Source of the DNA: Candidatus Heimdallarchaeota archaeon
GTDB taxonomy: Archaea; Asgardarchaeota; Heimdallarchaeia; Hodarchaeales; Hodarchaeaceae
DNA: 13,936 nt
Assembly: GCA_011364965.1 (NCBI GenBank)
Contig: RDOB01000001.1
Span: 252,026-265,961, forward strand
Direction of reading: 5' to 3'
A model generated the notes under the pieces. It saw only the letters and a list, made by a program, of their open reading frames with translations. It did no database searches and had not been told where the DNA came from. Shown here piece after piece: positions 1-9,322 of the stretch. The stretch's first letter is position 1. The number at the start of each line of letters is the position of its first letter. The translations under genes and the position numbers were made by a program.

Positions 1-362
1 TACAGATCTGGTGAAAAAATTCATTATATAGCTTCCTAAACTCAAAAGAGACATAAAACTGAATTAAATTTTCATCTATTTTCTCTTCAATTAATCCATT
101 GTACCTCATGTGAGTTAATAACGGATTTCCTAATGATCGAGATTAAAGGTCTCTAAGCTAGTAGAATAACTGCATAAGAGAACAACTCACATAAAAACTA
201 GGTATACTAAACAAAAAACTTTAAACATTGTTAGTGGTAAAAAAAGGACGACAGCCAAGGGGTATTTTAACTTCCTAAGAGCATAGGAGGGAAAAATGAA
301 ACCAAAAATGATGAAACTTCACTTAAAAAAGCTTAAACCGTGTTTTCCACAGAATGGAAACT

Positions 363-899
363 TTATCCTGAGCGGGAAAATGGGATCCTCTCAACCTGTA
401 AAGGATCTCCTATTAGATTCATCAGATAATGAACTTGTCCACAATGATATGCTTCATGATAGGAAAAATGCTCTAATAATTCATTAAAGGTCATTTCTTC
501 TCCCCAAGGAGCCTTAACTAATACTTGAAAAATCTGATCTTCAGCAGAATTAAAAAATTGAACAGATTTATCCGTAATCTCACAGGCTAAATTTTTAATA
601 TCAATAAGTGAATAATGAGAAGCTTCATTGGTTTTTAATTTATATTTTCCCACCCATTGCGCCCCTACACCAAAGGATGGAACAGGTACAGAATGATCGA
701 ACTTCTGGTGTATGTACATGACTTCTGAAGCAAGCATATGTCGCAGTATTTCATCGATGGACCATAAATGAGTCTTAGGCCTCTGAGTAAATTGCTGGTT
801 CGAAAGATTATACATATCCAGATGGCTCCAGAGCTGCTCACGATTGCTAACTAGACGAATGTATTGGGTTTTCCAGAATGTACTGTAAGAGGTGATCAA
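363..899 (-). CDS. DinB/YfiT-like family metal-binding protein
   Basis: 178-aa ORF with the DinB-type pattern WSIDEILRHMLASE...LLEHFSYHEAYHCGQV (His triad) and a 'PWG..MT...LL.H' segment. Confidence 0.85.
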   Translation of the reverse strand: MITSYSTFWKTQYIRLVSNREQLWSHLDMYNLSNQQFTQRPKTHLWSIDEILRHMLASEVMYIHQKFDHSVPVPSFGVGAQWVGKYKLKTNEASHYSLIDIKNLACEITDKSVQFFNSAEDQIFQVLVKAPWGEEMTFNELLEHFSYHEAYHCGQVHYLMNLIGDPLQVERIPFSRSG

Positions 900-1677
900 A
901 CATAATTCCTCAAAAATTATTGTTTTTGAATTGCGTATATTTTACAGTGAGTTTTTAATTATAGCTTTAGGTGAACAAGGGAATAAGTCGTAAAGTCAGA
1001 TAAAAACTTAAAGATTCATAAAGCACATAATAAAGGGGCTTTAAAATTACTGATGTGCAATTAGCGTTCTCTGAAAATTCTGTGACTTCAGCGAAACTAC
1101 TAATGGCAATGTAACCCACATTGGGGAGCGTGAGGGGGGTAAGTATAATGCATAGGAATGGCAAATATACGATCTGAAGAACCTTTTAGAGTCATGATAA
1201 CCTCTACCGTCAAGATGCTAAAATAATCCATTCAGGGAATGTCTTCATCTTTGTGATTTATAAGACATTACCAGATTAATGTTAAAAAAACCTCCTTATA
1301 TAAGAAATAACTCAGAATTAAAGGGTATTAGACATTCATTGGGAAGAAAGATATTAAATTTTGGAAATCAAGGGGATAAAACACAACAAACAATAAATTA
1401 TAATGAAAGCAAATAGAAAGGAAACTCAGATATTCATGCACAATCTGAATGGGATTTATATAATTATTATTAATGGTAAGAAGCAAAAGATACCCAAAAA
1501 AACCGCTAAAATTTTCATGTATCAATTTCATTTCACCTCTTTTGGGCTAAAAAGTTTATTAATAATTGAAATCATAGAATGGGAGATCAACCATTTGAAG
1601 TCGTCTAATTTCCATTAGATTCCCTATTTTAAACAGAATTGCCAAAATTATTAACCTCAGCTTTAGGAGGCTTAAGA

Positions 1678-4674
1678 TTGATACGATTAGGACTGAAATT
1701 TGGATTAAATGATTTATTAATTTCGTGTATCATCTTGGGAGGTATTTTTAGCACAATATTAGATATTGGTGTCATATATGAGGAACAATTAACGATTGAA
1801 GACGAACTGAAGCAAACTGCAATGATTGCCGCCGATTATGTTCTTCAACAAGCTATTAGTCCCGCAGTAGATGAACTAACTTGGCCAATAGCATATAGTC
1901 CGTCTCAAAATATTACTACTGTATTTAATTTTGAATTGTCCATCATTAATGAAACTTTAGGTCAGGTAGAAGATGAAGCAGTGACCAGTATAGCTCTTGG
2001 AGATGCAGATAATGATGGAGATAATGACATTGTCGTGGGAACGAGTCCAAAGGGTTTAGTTGTTTTCTATGAAAATATTGCTACCAATTACACAGCCCAG
2101 TTTAATTCGAGTCTCATTGCTAACTTTAGTCACCAATATGGAAGGATCCCAATCCAGGTAGGGGACATCCTTATTGCAGATATAGAAAATACAGGTAGTA
2201 ATAACATCCTTGTAGGAACTGGATACTGGGATGGACAGTATATTGGTGATGTATTTTCTTTTGAAAAGTCTGCTAGTGAATGGATACAGAGAGGAGCATT
2301 TAATGAGATGGCTAATCCTGTTATTGGAGGTGTTTACAGCCTTGCTTTTGGAGAATTTGGGGAAGATTCTAAACTTATCATCGCTTTGGGGAATGGAATA
2401 ACTAATGTATTTGATAAAAGCAATATAACCATTTATTCAAAAGTACAGGACGTGTGGGAAGAAACACAATTGGTTGTAACTAATCAATCAAGACCCAAAA
2501 TATGCATTGGGGACTATACATCTGCTTTTGATGGAAATGAGATAATCTATTGTACCTATAGCGATAATAGTACCTTAGGATATATTTCATATACCAATGG
2601 CTCTTATACTCACCATATAATTGATAGCTATCTAATAAAATCAGGTGATCCCCCGCCATATACAAGATATATGAATATTGGAATAGGAGACTTTGAAGGA
2701 GACAGCTCTAATGAGCTAACAGTAGCTATTGATGGGGATGGTCCAAATCAAGATAGGTTAAAATTCTATTCAGATACCTCTAATGTAACAATTATTGAAA
2801 ATCTCGAATTTATAAGTGATGTAGAGTTTGAATTTGCTGACTTTGATAATGATGGGCGTGATGAGGTTGTTTATTGTTTTACAAACACAACCTTGTTTCC
2901 TGATACATATTTAATGGTTTATGACTGGAATAACACAGAAAGCCATTTAATATATCTTGAAACTACTATTGAGACATTCATTTCAGAATTGAAAGCTGGA
3001 AATATAGACCTAGATGATGATATAGAGTTTCTTTACGGGACAGAAGGGAATGGATGGTTGAGATTATGGGATCATCCAAAACATGCAGATTACTCCTTTG
3101 AGAAATTAGCATTTAACGTGAGTTTCATACAACATAAACCATGGATTTATGAAGATGAAACCTATCCATTTACTGTAATTCTTCAATATATAGACGGGGT
3201 AAATAGTGTTTATGATATTAATTTAACACCAATACTTCCAGAATATATGGATTATTTAGGCCCCTCACCATGGATTAATGAGCTAACTCCAGGCTCAAAA
3301 CGGATATTAAACTTTAATCTGAGATCTGAAACCTTTGGAAGCTATCCAGTAACCCTGAGAATTGCTTTTCAACAAATTAGATTATTTGAGGTACAATTAC
3401 CTTTTATTCCTCGATTTCCCCTTCAAACACAGATCGGCCAGTCTTTACTTGAATTAGCACTTTATACAGGAGACGATAAATATCTCAAAGCTGCATTAAA
3501 AGTGGGAAATTGGCTTGATTCTGTTGGTATTCCATGTGGACAGTATCGTGCATGGAATCTGAATTCCAACTACACAGAGACCTTGATGCCAGGCTATATT
3601 CGCTCGACTATGAGGGCAGGACAATATTTCCTCAACCTATATAAGGTTACGGAAGACGCAAAATTTCTCAATGCAGCTTTAGATGCAGCTAATTTCCTAG
3701 CAAACATAGAAGAAGGAAACTTTACTCAGGTCGCAGAGAAGGGGATTACATGGGGATTCTCGGAAAATGCAATAGCCGAAACTGCTGAAGTGGGAAAATT
3801 TCTCCTGGAAATAATAAAATTAGGACTAGGCAATTTTTCAGAGGTAATCACTGGCATTGATGACTATTTAATAGCTATTGCTAATTATAATGGAGAATCA
3901 ATAAACTGGTTCGAATCTCCAGGTCTTACTCAAGCTGCTGGAAATTTCTTTATTATGAGAAGTACCGAAGGAAAAATCATTGCAGAACAAGCTGCAAATT
4001 GGATTTTGAACAAAATAAATACAAATATTTCATGGTTTAATAGCTTAAGCCCTTCAATGCGTTCAAATGAAATGTATATGCATTATACGGGAACTGGGCT
4101 GGCAGGAATTGGACAATTCTTAATTGATGTCGAAAGTAAGATAAACAAAAGTTATTCCGATGAGTTAGAGAATATCTTATCAAGATTATTAAATATCACA
4201 TATATAACAGAAAAAGGCCTCAATTGGTACACTCCCATATGGACTACAAATGCAACAGACCTTCTTTACTCTATAAATTACAAATGGGGAGCAGCAGGTA
4301 TCGCCTCATTCCTTATCAATTTATACAATAAAACCAAAAACCCTGTTTTTCGTACATATGCAATAGGTGCTTCGGAATGGATTAATGCAAGTCTTCCCAT
4401 AATTGGGTGTCTCCCCTATTATTCAACAGATACTATAGAGACTTTTGGTGACATTATAAGCTCCTTAACCAAAATTTTATACGTTATTAAGCCTCCCATT
4501 TATCCAACAACCTCCACAACTTCGACAACTGTTTCGCTTACCTCAAAGAGTTCTGCAATGGCATCAACAACCTCTCCCACCACAAAATCAACAACATTTC
4601 CAGGAGTTACATTAATTTTATTCATGTTTGTCCTCACAATTATTACAAATAGGCGAAGAAAGGAGGTTAAGTGA
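1678..4674 (+). CDS. Large cell-surface protein: N-terminal hydrophobic segment, 7 FG-GAP (integrin-alpha-like) repeats, Ig-like/CARDB-type domain, LanC-like (alpha/alpha)6 toroid, Ser/Thr linker, C-terminal sorting signal
   Basis: Repeats GDADNDGDNDIVVG, ADIENTGSNNILVG, GEFGEDSKLIIALG, GDYTSAFDGNEIIY, GDFEGDSSNELTVA, ADFDNDGRDEVVY, GNIDLDDDIEFLYG. LanC-like helices LLELALYTGDDKYLKAA, FLNLYKVTEDAKFLNAA, GTGLAGIGQFL, WGAAGIASFLINLY. Ends TTFPG-TM-RRRK. The ORF track starts at 1639, but AGGAGG at 1665-1670 precedes an in-frame TTG at 1678, which is the preferred start. Confidence 0.85.
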   Translation: MIRLGLKFGLNDLLISCIILGGIFSTILDIGVIYEEQLTIEDELKQTAMIAADYVLQQAISPAVDELTWPIAYSPSQNITTVFNFELSIINETLGQVEDEAVTSIALGDADNDGDNDIVVGTSPKGLVVFYENIATNYTAQFNSSLIANFSHQYGRIPIQVGDILIADIENTGSNNILVGTGYWDGQYIGDVFSFEKSASEWIQRGAFNEMANPVIGGVYSLAFGEFGEDSKLIIALGNGITNVFDKSNITIYSKVQDVWEETQLVVTNQSRPKICIGDYTSAFDGNEIIYCTYSDNSTLGYISYTNGSYTHHIIDSYLIKSGDPPPYTRYMNIGIGDFEGDSSNELTVAIDGDGPNQDRLKFYSDTSNVTIIENLEFISDVEFEFADFDNDGRDEVVYCFTNTTLFPDTYLMVYDWNNTESHLIYLETTIETFISELKAGNIDLDDDIEFLYGTEGNGWLRLWDHPKHADYSFEKLAFNVSFIQHKPWIYEDETYPFTVILQYIDGVNSVYDINLTPILPEYMDYLGPSPWINELTPGSKRILNFNLRSETFGSYPVTLRIAFQQIRLFEVQLPFIPRFPLQTQIGQSLLELALYTGDDKYLKAALKVGNWLDSVGIPCGQYRAWNLNSNYTETLMPGYIRSTMRAGQYFLNLYKVTEDAKFLNAALDAANFLANIEEGNFTQVAEKGITWGFSENAIAETAEVGKFLLEIIKLGLGNFSEVITGIDDYLIAIANYNGESINWFESPGLTQAAGNFFIMRSTEGKIIAEQAANWILNKINTNISWFNSLSPSMRSNEMYMHYTGTGLAGIGQFLIDVESKINKSYSDELENILSRLLNITYITEKGLNWYTPIWTTNATDLLYSINYKWGAAGIASFLINLYNKTKNPVFRTYAIGASEWINASLPIIGCLPYYSTDTIETFGDIISSLTKILYVIKPPIYPTTSTTSTTVSLTSKSSAMASTTSPTTKSTTFPGVTLILFMFVLTIITNRRRKEVK

Positions 4675-4999
4675 AATTATGGGATTGGAGGTATTTACGA
4701 CCAAGATGAAGGCCGACTATTATTCCACCAATTCCATGCAATAAAGACAGACCTGTCTCGTGTGGAGCAACCTATCTGGAATCTAGACCTATTACCTGAA
4801 TGCTCCTCTCTAGAGGAAGCTTTTAGCTTTTTAAAAATCAATAGCTTATAATTGCCATATTTCCGACGCTTTTATGCGTTCTCTCCCCTCCGAACCTTGT
4901 GAATATTCAGAATGCCATTCGCTCTATTACAAGCAAAGGAAGTTCTGAAGGTGAGACGAGAAATCTGACAGAAGGAAATCATCAATAGAACCTCCAAAT

Positions 5000-5039
5000 C
5001 CAAGACCAGCTGGATTCTCATTTTTTTTATTAGGAGGTG
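5000..5039 (-). repeat. Degenerate copy A of the 16S 3'-end/trailer element
   Basis: + strand CCAAGACCAGCTGGAT (5000-5015) is identical to 6316-6331. TATTAGGAGGTG (5028-5039) is identical to 12157-12168, the 16S anti-SD end plus the first trailer bases. Confidence 0.75.
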
Positions 5040-5154
5040 CGTTGGGTAACCATTCTCACTTTTATTCAACATGTCCTTCTTCAGATTTGGAGAAAGATGA
5101 TTATAACAATCACCCCAAGATAATATCGTTATAAAGAATTAAGAAATTGGCGGA

Positions 5155-5190
5155 GCTAGCAACCGAAGTTATTCCTAGTAAAAAAAGGGA
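5155..5190 (-). terminator. U-run plus C(UUCG)G hairpin downstream of the 220-aa gene
   Basis: Minus strand reads CCCTTTTTTTACTAGGAATAAC-TTCG-GTTGCTAGC: an oligo-T tract followed by a UUCG-capped stem. Confidence 0.5.
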
Positions 5191-5205
5191 GAAAGACCAC
5201 AATTA

Positions 5206-5868
5206 TTATTGCGGTCCTCCACCACCTATTGCTGTATAAATGGTTTGAGAAAAGCTATGTGTTATTGTAAACGTTTCATAAAGGATTGATTTGGACATCT
5301 CTCCTTTCACAATAACATCAGCATAAATATATAATTTCTGTCCATTTTGAATTGTAATATCAGGATTATAATCATCCCCACATGTCCACAGAAGATCTAC
5401 TGGAAGGAAAGCATACTTATTATCGAAGTAGTCAAACTCATAATAGAAATGAGTCCCTATAATCGTATTCAAACCAATATACTCATCATGCATAAATCCC
5501 CAATAATATTTATTATGAATTGAGTCATATATTGTTATGCTATCCCTTTTAATTCTAAGTCTGGTATATATATCTTCTATAGCTGACCAGTAACGATAAC
5601 CACAGATCATATTACCAAATGTTCCCTTGTCAAAGAGTTCAGATCTAAGCTGAACATACCTGATTATCTTTTTTTCACCATTATTATAAGAGTCTAATCC
5701 AATCTCTAAATCACTATCTACCATGACAAGAAGTTGACCATCAGCGTCTTTAATTTCGTTATACTTACTTTGTGTAATAGTCGATGCTTGTGCTATCACT
5801 GGGACAAGGAATATGACTATCAAGATGATAGCTGAAAACACCAATTTTTCTAGTTTTAACGACTTCAT
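5206..5868 (-). CDS. Secreted hypothetical protein
   Basis: 220-aa ORF with a basic N-terminus, hydrophobic core and AQA cleavage-like motif. No recognisable domain. Confidence 0.75.
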   Translation of the reverse strand: MKSLKLEKLVFSAIILIVIFLVPVIAQASTITQSKYNEIKDADGQLLVMVDSDLEIGLDSYNNGEKKIIRYVQLRSELFDKGTFGNMICGYRYWSAIEDIYTRLRIKRDSITIYDSIHNKYYWGFMHDEYIGLNTIIGTHFYYEFDYFDNKYAFLPVDLLWTCGDDYNPDITIQNGQKLYIYADVIVKGEMSKSILYETFTITHSFSQTIYTAIGGGGPQ

Positions 5869-6293
5869 TTTTTTCCCCTAACACTTTATATTCAGTTGTT
5901 TGCTAATAATTCCAAAGATGGATTTGTGTCATATTAACAATATTGAGAAGAATTGATTTTATCCAATAAAAGAATATTAGAATTCACTCCGAGCTTTTAG
6001 ATATCTCCAAATCCATGGAATCCATGAATTAGATCATTTCACAATTTATAAATGTATCTAAGGCTGACTCTCTTCTATCAATTAAATAATAATGTTCTCA
6101 TATAACAAATATGAAAAAATATACTTTTATTTGTGAATTGAGTTAACTAGAGAAATGAGAATGAGTTTTTCGCATAAAGATATCTTCAATTACCTTTCAG
6201 AATTTAATAATGAGGGTGAGATAAGTGACATGCTCTCAGGGGAGTTGTGAGTCCCAATAAACTCCAGATTTAAACCCTTGCAGGGAAAGGATC

Positions 6294-6465
6294 GACCTCG
6301 GCCTCATGATTGAAGCCAAGACCAGCTGGATATTCCCAATAGATTCAGGAAATTTTCTGTTCATCAGGTTTTTCTCTTCGATCAACCGATGTGGATCGAA
6401 AATATCCCATTCATGTCGTTAGGCTGTGGATTTGCCATACAAGAACCCAAAAAACCTATTAGAAA
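6294..6465 (-). repeat. Degenerate copy B of the 16S trailer element (structured)
   Basis: 6301-6332 matches 12073-12104 at 30/32. It has a 13-bp hairpin at 6294-6323. A 13-bp stem (6333-6345 with 6453-6465) is homologous to the stem at 12132-12165. Confidence 0.85.
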
Positions 6466-6702
6466 AGAAAAAATAAGCCATATATTAGTTAATCAAATTA
6501 AATAAGGAATTTAATTTCCTCTTTAAAGGATTTTTTCGGTCTCCTACTATTTCTACCTCATAGATTACGACACTAAGGTTACTATCAACATTTTAGCTGC
6601 TAATGGTGAATGTTGTTTGAATGATTGCCAAAGATATACATATAAATAACCGAATTCCAGGTCATTACCGAGACAAAGCAACTCAATCTGTTCAGTATAA
6701 AA

Positions 6703-6933
6703 GTGAATCAAATGAGATTCCATATTCCCCAACGAAGGTTAGAAGGTATTAGAAAAGATATTGAGGCATTAGCACATACAGGGATTTCTTCTTTAGAAAC
6801 AGGAGTTGATATGACTACGGATATAATGACTCTTTTTATAGATCGAATTCGAGCAGAGAACCCTACTTTAACAGAACCAGAAATTTTAAACCATGCTCGT
6901 GAATACATTTATCTTGGTCGGTCGAACTCTTGA
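6703..6933 (+). CDS. Putative antitoxin, MenA1 (Rv0078B)-like small helical protein
   Basis: 76 aa with 'RIRAENPTLTEPEI', resembling my recollection of MenA1-type antitoxins. Overlaps the downstream NTase start by 4 nt (TTGA). Confidence 0.6.
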   Translation: MNQMRFHIPQRRLEGIRKDIEALAHTGISSLETGVDMTTDIMTLFIDRIRAENPTLTEPEILNHAREYIYLGRSNS

Positions 6934-7499
6934 CTGTTGATGTTAAACTGAAGGATTTTATTCAGACTACGATAAGCTGTTTAGAAGAAAGCAGAATAAA
7001 ATATGTTTTAGTGGGTGGAGTAGCAGCTCTTATTTATGGCCGTCCTCGTACAACTCTTGATGTCGATATAGTGATAGATAGTGCTAATATTGAGGATGTT
7101 AAGAGATTAGAAACAACTTTGAAAGCCTATGGATTCTCATTACGAGATAATGAAATAGCTGAAGCACTAGGGGAAAAATCAAACTGTTCTGTCTTTCTAA
7201 AAGATTGTATCTATCGAATTGACATTCAGGGTACTTACTCACCTTTAGATTCCCGGTGTTTAAACAATCGATTATTGATGAAGATCTATGAACAAGACAC
7301 CTATATCCAGAAAGCAGAAGATTTAATTGTAGCAAAATTGGTCTATAGAAGCCCACAAGATTATGAAGATGTTCATGCTATCTTACTTCGGCAAAAGGAG
7401 AAATTAGATTACAATTACTTGAGATCCGTTGCTGCAATAGAGGGGATTGAAAGGCAATTAGATAAAATCCTATCTAGACTGAAAATCAAACCTATGTAA
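6930..7499 (+). CDS. Nucleotidyltransferase toxin-like protein (DUF6036 / MenT1 / AbiEii-like)
   Basis: YVLVGGVAALIYGRPRTTLDVDIV (GG...DxD NTase motif), EDLIVAKL and QDYEDV C-terminal motifs. Confidence 0.85.
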   Translation: MTVDVKLKDFIQTTISCLEESRIKYVLVGGVAALIYGRPRTTLDVDIVIDSANIEDVKRLETTLKAYGFSLRDNEIAEALGEKSNCSVFLKDCIYRIDIQGTYSPLDSRCLNNRLLMKIYEQDTYIQKAEDLIVAKLVYRSPQDYEDVHAILLRQKEKLDYNYLRSVAAIEGIERQLDKILSRLKIKPM

Positions 7500-7889
7500 A
7501 AAACATGAAAAAGACTAAGAGCGGACAGACAACAGACCTACAGCTCTGAGAAGGCTTAGATAGGGAGGAGAGCAACAATAAGAGAGACTATGGAGACTCC
7601 AACGAGAGATAGAGGCGAGAGGAAGAAGCATTCAGAGAAAATACAAAAAGAAAGAAATAATGATTGAGTATTTCGTTGAGATCGATTCTCTTGTAAGAGA
7701 AGAGAATCAAAATACACTTCCAAACTAATTAAATCAGGTTGATTCGGAATATAGAGAGATTTTTAACTACTAATAAGAAAATGATATAGTTTGTTAACGA
7801 TAGTTTTATAAATGAAAACATTGTACAATGATTTGAGAATTATTTGTAGACTAGCAGGTTAATAATAATATAAAAAACGTGACTAAAAG

Positions 7890-8204
7890 ATGAAAACAAC
7901 AGAAAAAGCCACAAAAGTATCACGAGCGAAAAGAATCTTAGAAGGGGAGAAACAACGGAGACATCTACTATTCTTAATAGAAGATAACCCAGGATTAACA
8001 GCGTACCAAATCTCACAGCGATTAGGATGGACAAGAGGGAAGGTAACCTATCATTTGAACAAACTCACCAACCAAGGAGAGCTCAGAAAAACAAGTATAG
8101 AAAATAACCCTCATCCCAAAAAAGTCTACCATATAGTCAAGTGGGAGAAGATGATAAACTGGGGTACCATTCCAGAGGAACAGAAGCCGAAAAAAACTAA
8201 GTAA
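7890..8204 (+). CDS. Winged helix-turn-helix transcriptional regulator (ArsR/HTH_24-like)
   Basis: IEDNPGLTAYQISQRLGWTRGKVTYHLNKLTNQGEL. Confidence 0.85.
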   Translation: MKTTEKATKVSRAKRILEGEKQRRHLLFLIEDNPGLTAYQISQRLGWTRGKVTYHLNKLTNQGELRKTSIENNPHPKKVYHIVKWEKMINWGTIPEEQKPKKTK

Positions 8205-8239
8205 ATAAGAAAAAGGGCAGGAAAACGCTCTTTAGCGAC

Positions 8240-8488
8240 CTAAATCCCTACCTCTGTTGGATAGTAAGTTACGCCTCCAGCTGTAGGGTGAGCTCTAAGT
8301 AACCCTTGAGCTACAAGAGACTTCAAAGGTTTTTTCAGCTTCCATTGCGCACGAGGCACAAGTTTTTTGCGAATACTCTCCATAGGAATATGCATGTTCA
8401 TCCGTGAGTCTAACAGCGAATAAGCAGCAAAAAGTACAGCGACTTCTTTTTGCGTTAAACGATCATCAGGTACAATACCAGTACTCAA
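8240..8488 (-). CDS. Small winged-helix protein
   Basis: LKSLVAQGLLRAHP...TYYPTEVG wing motif. GAGGAG precedes the TTG start, and a TTTATAT box lies at ~8531-8537 on the minus strand. Confidence 0.65.
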   Translation of the reverse strand: MSTGIVPDDRLTQKEVAVLFAAYSLLDSRMNMHIPMESIRKKLVPRAQWKLKKPLKSLVAQGLLRAHPTAGGVTYYPTEVGI

Positions 8489-8561
8489 GCTCCTCTAATC
8501 CTCCATCTCGAGTATCAATTGAGGGTGGACATATAAACATTTTGGTCAGAAAAATACTCTA

Positions 8562-8588
8562 AAGCCACTAAGAGCTGCTGGATAATCC
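8562..8588 (-). repeat. Possible highly degenerate copy D of the trailer core
   Basis: 8570-8588 AAGAGCTGCTGGATAATCC matches 6318-6336 AAGACCAGCTGGATATTCC at 16/19 and is preceded by AAGCC. Intergenic and in the same orientation, but the 13-bp hairpin is not evident. Confidence 0.35.
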
Positions 8589-8665
8589 TGAGATAGTTCC
8601 TGAAAGGAATCTAGCAAGTATCAGCTACATTTTCAACATCTAGGTCATAAATCCTTCTAATTCGC

Positions 8666-9277
8666 TCACTCTTCACGTTTCCTTCTGCGCGGAATGTTAA
8701 TCAAAACAAGGAATCCAAGAATTAGAAATTCCAAAGTGAATGCAGGAGTCGCCTGTGGGGGAATATGGTAATCTGATACATCAGTCCAAGGGGTGCGTAG
8801 ACCTAATGAAGGAACTCCCTCACTAATCACTCCAAAATCAATGAGAGTTTCGTCCACCAGAACTTGAAGATTAGTTTTATACGTGCAACGAGGGATGGTA
8901 GTGAAATTGTAAGACCAATACCGCAAGGGATGAAGAGTTACCGGTAGATCACTCACATTTAGAAGGATAATTTGACTCAAAAATTCAGTTCTATTCGTTT
9001 CATGGGTTCCAGAGAATGTCACATTCACCTGCTCAAGACGATGGGATTCTACATCCAAATTAGCAATAGCAAGGGTGAAAAAATCCAACGTGATCGTATC
9101 CCAGCATGTTTCATTAATACATCCTCCACACCAGCTGTATTCATGATCAGGAACCCGAATCTGGATAATAGATGAATTGGGAGGAGCTGTAGCAGGAATG
9201 GGACGACCGTGGACAATTAAAAGGAAAAGTAACGGTATAATACTCCATTTAAAAACAAATGAACAGCTTTGATTCAT
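8666..9277 (-). CDS. Secreted/cell-surface protein with C-terminal sorting signal (PGF-CTERM/Heimdall-CTERM-like)
   Basis: Signal peptide, GGCINETCWD motif, and C-terminus TPAF-TLEFLILGFLVLINIP-RRRKREE. Confidence 0.8.
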   Translation of the reverse strand: MNQSCSFVFKWSIIPLLFLLIVHGRPIPATAPPNSSIIQIRVPDHEYSWCGGCINETCWDTITLDFFTLAIANLDVESHRLEQVNVTFSGTHETNRTEFLSQIILLNVSDLPVTLHPLRYWSYNFTTIPRCTYKTNLQVLVDETLIDFGVISEGVPSLGLRTPWTDVSDYHIPPQATPAFTLEFLILGFLVLINIPRRRKREE

Positions 9278-9322
9278 CGTTATTCTCCTAAATTATCCTT
9301 ATTTCATTAATCATGTTACATA

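Noticed and set aside
1-109. Partial CDS at the left edge
   Set aside because: Both a + frame ending at 39 and a - frame starting at 109 are possible. Too short to decide.
296-487. 63-aa + ORF with upstream AGGAGG
   Set aside because: It overlaps the DinB gene antisense for most of its length and has no recognisable motif. The SD-like sequence alone is insufficient.
967-1618. Short ORFs 967-1164, 1328-1531 and 1403-1618
   Set aside because: AT-rich, partly overlapping each other, with no motifs. Not supportable as genes.
3420-4490. Lanthipeptide biosynthesis cluster
   Set aside because: The LanC-like domain lacks Cys/His Zn ligands and is extracellular. No dehydratase, precursor or transporter is present.
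4675-4851. Frame of the 1011-aa gene stays open ~58 codons after its TGA
   Set aside because: The TGA follows a complete TM-RRRK sorting signal, so it is probably a true stop. The open stretch may be chance or an unrelated remnant.
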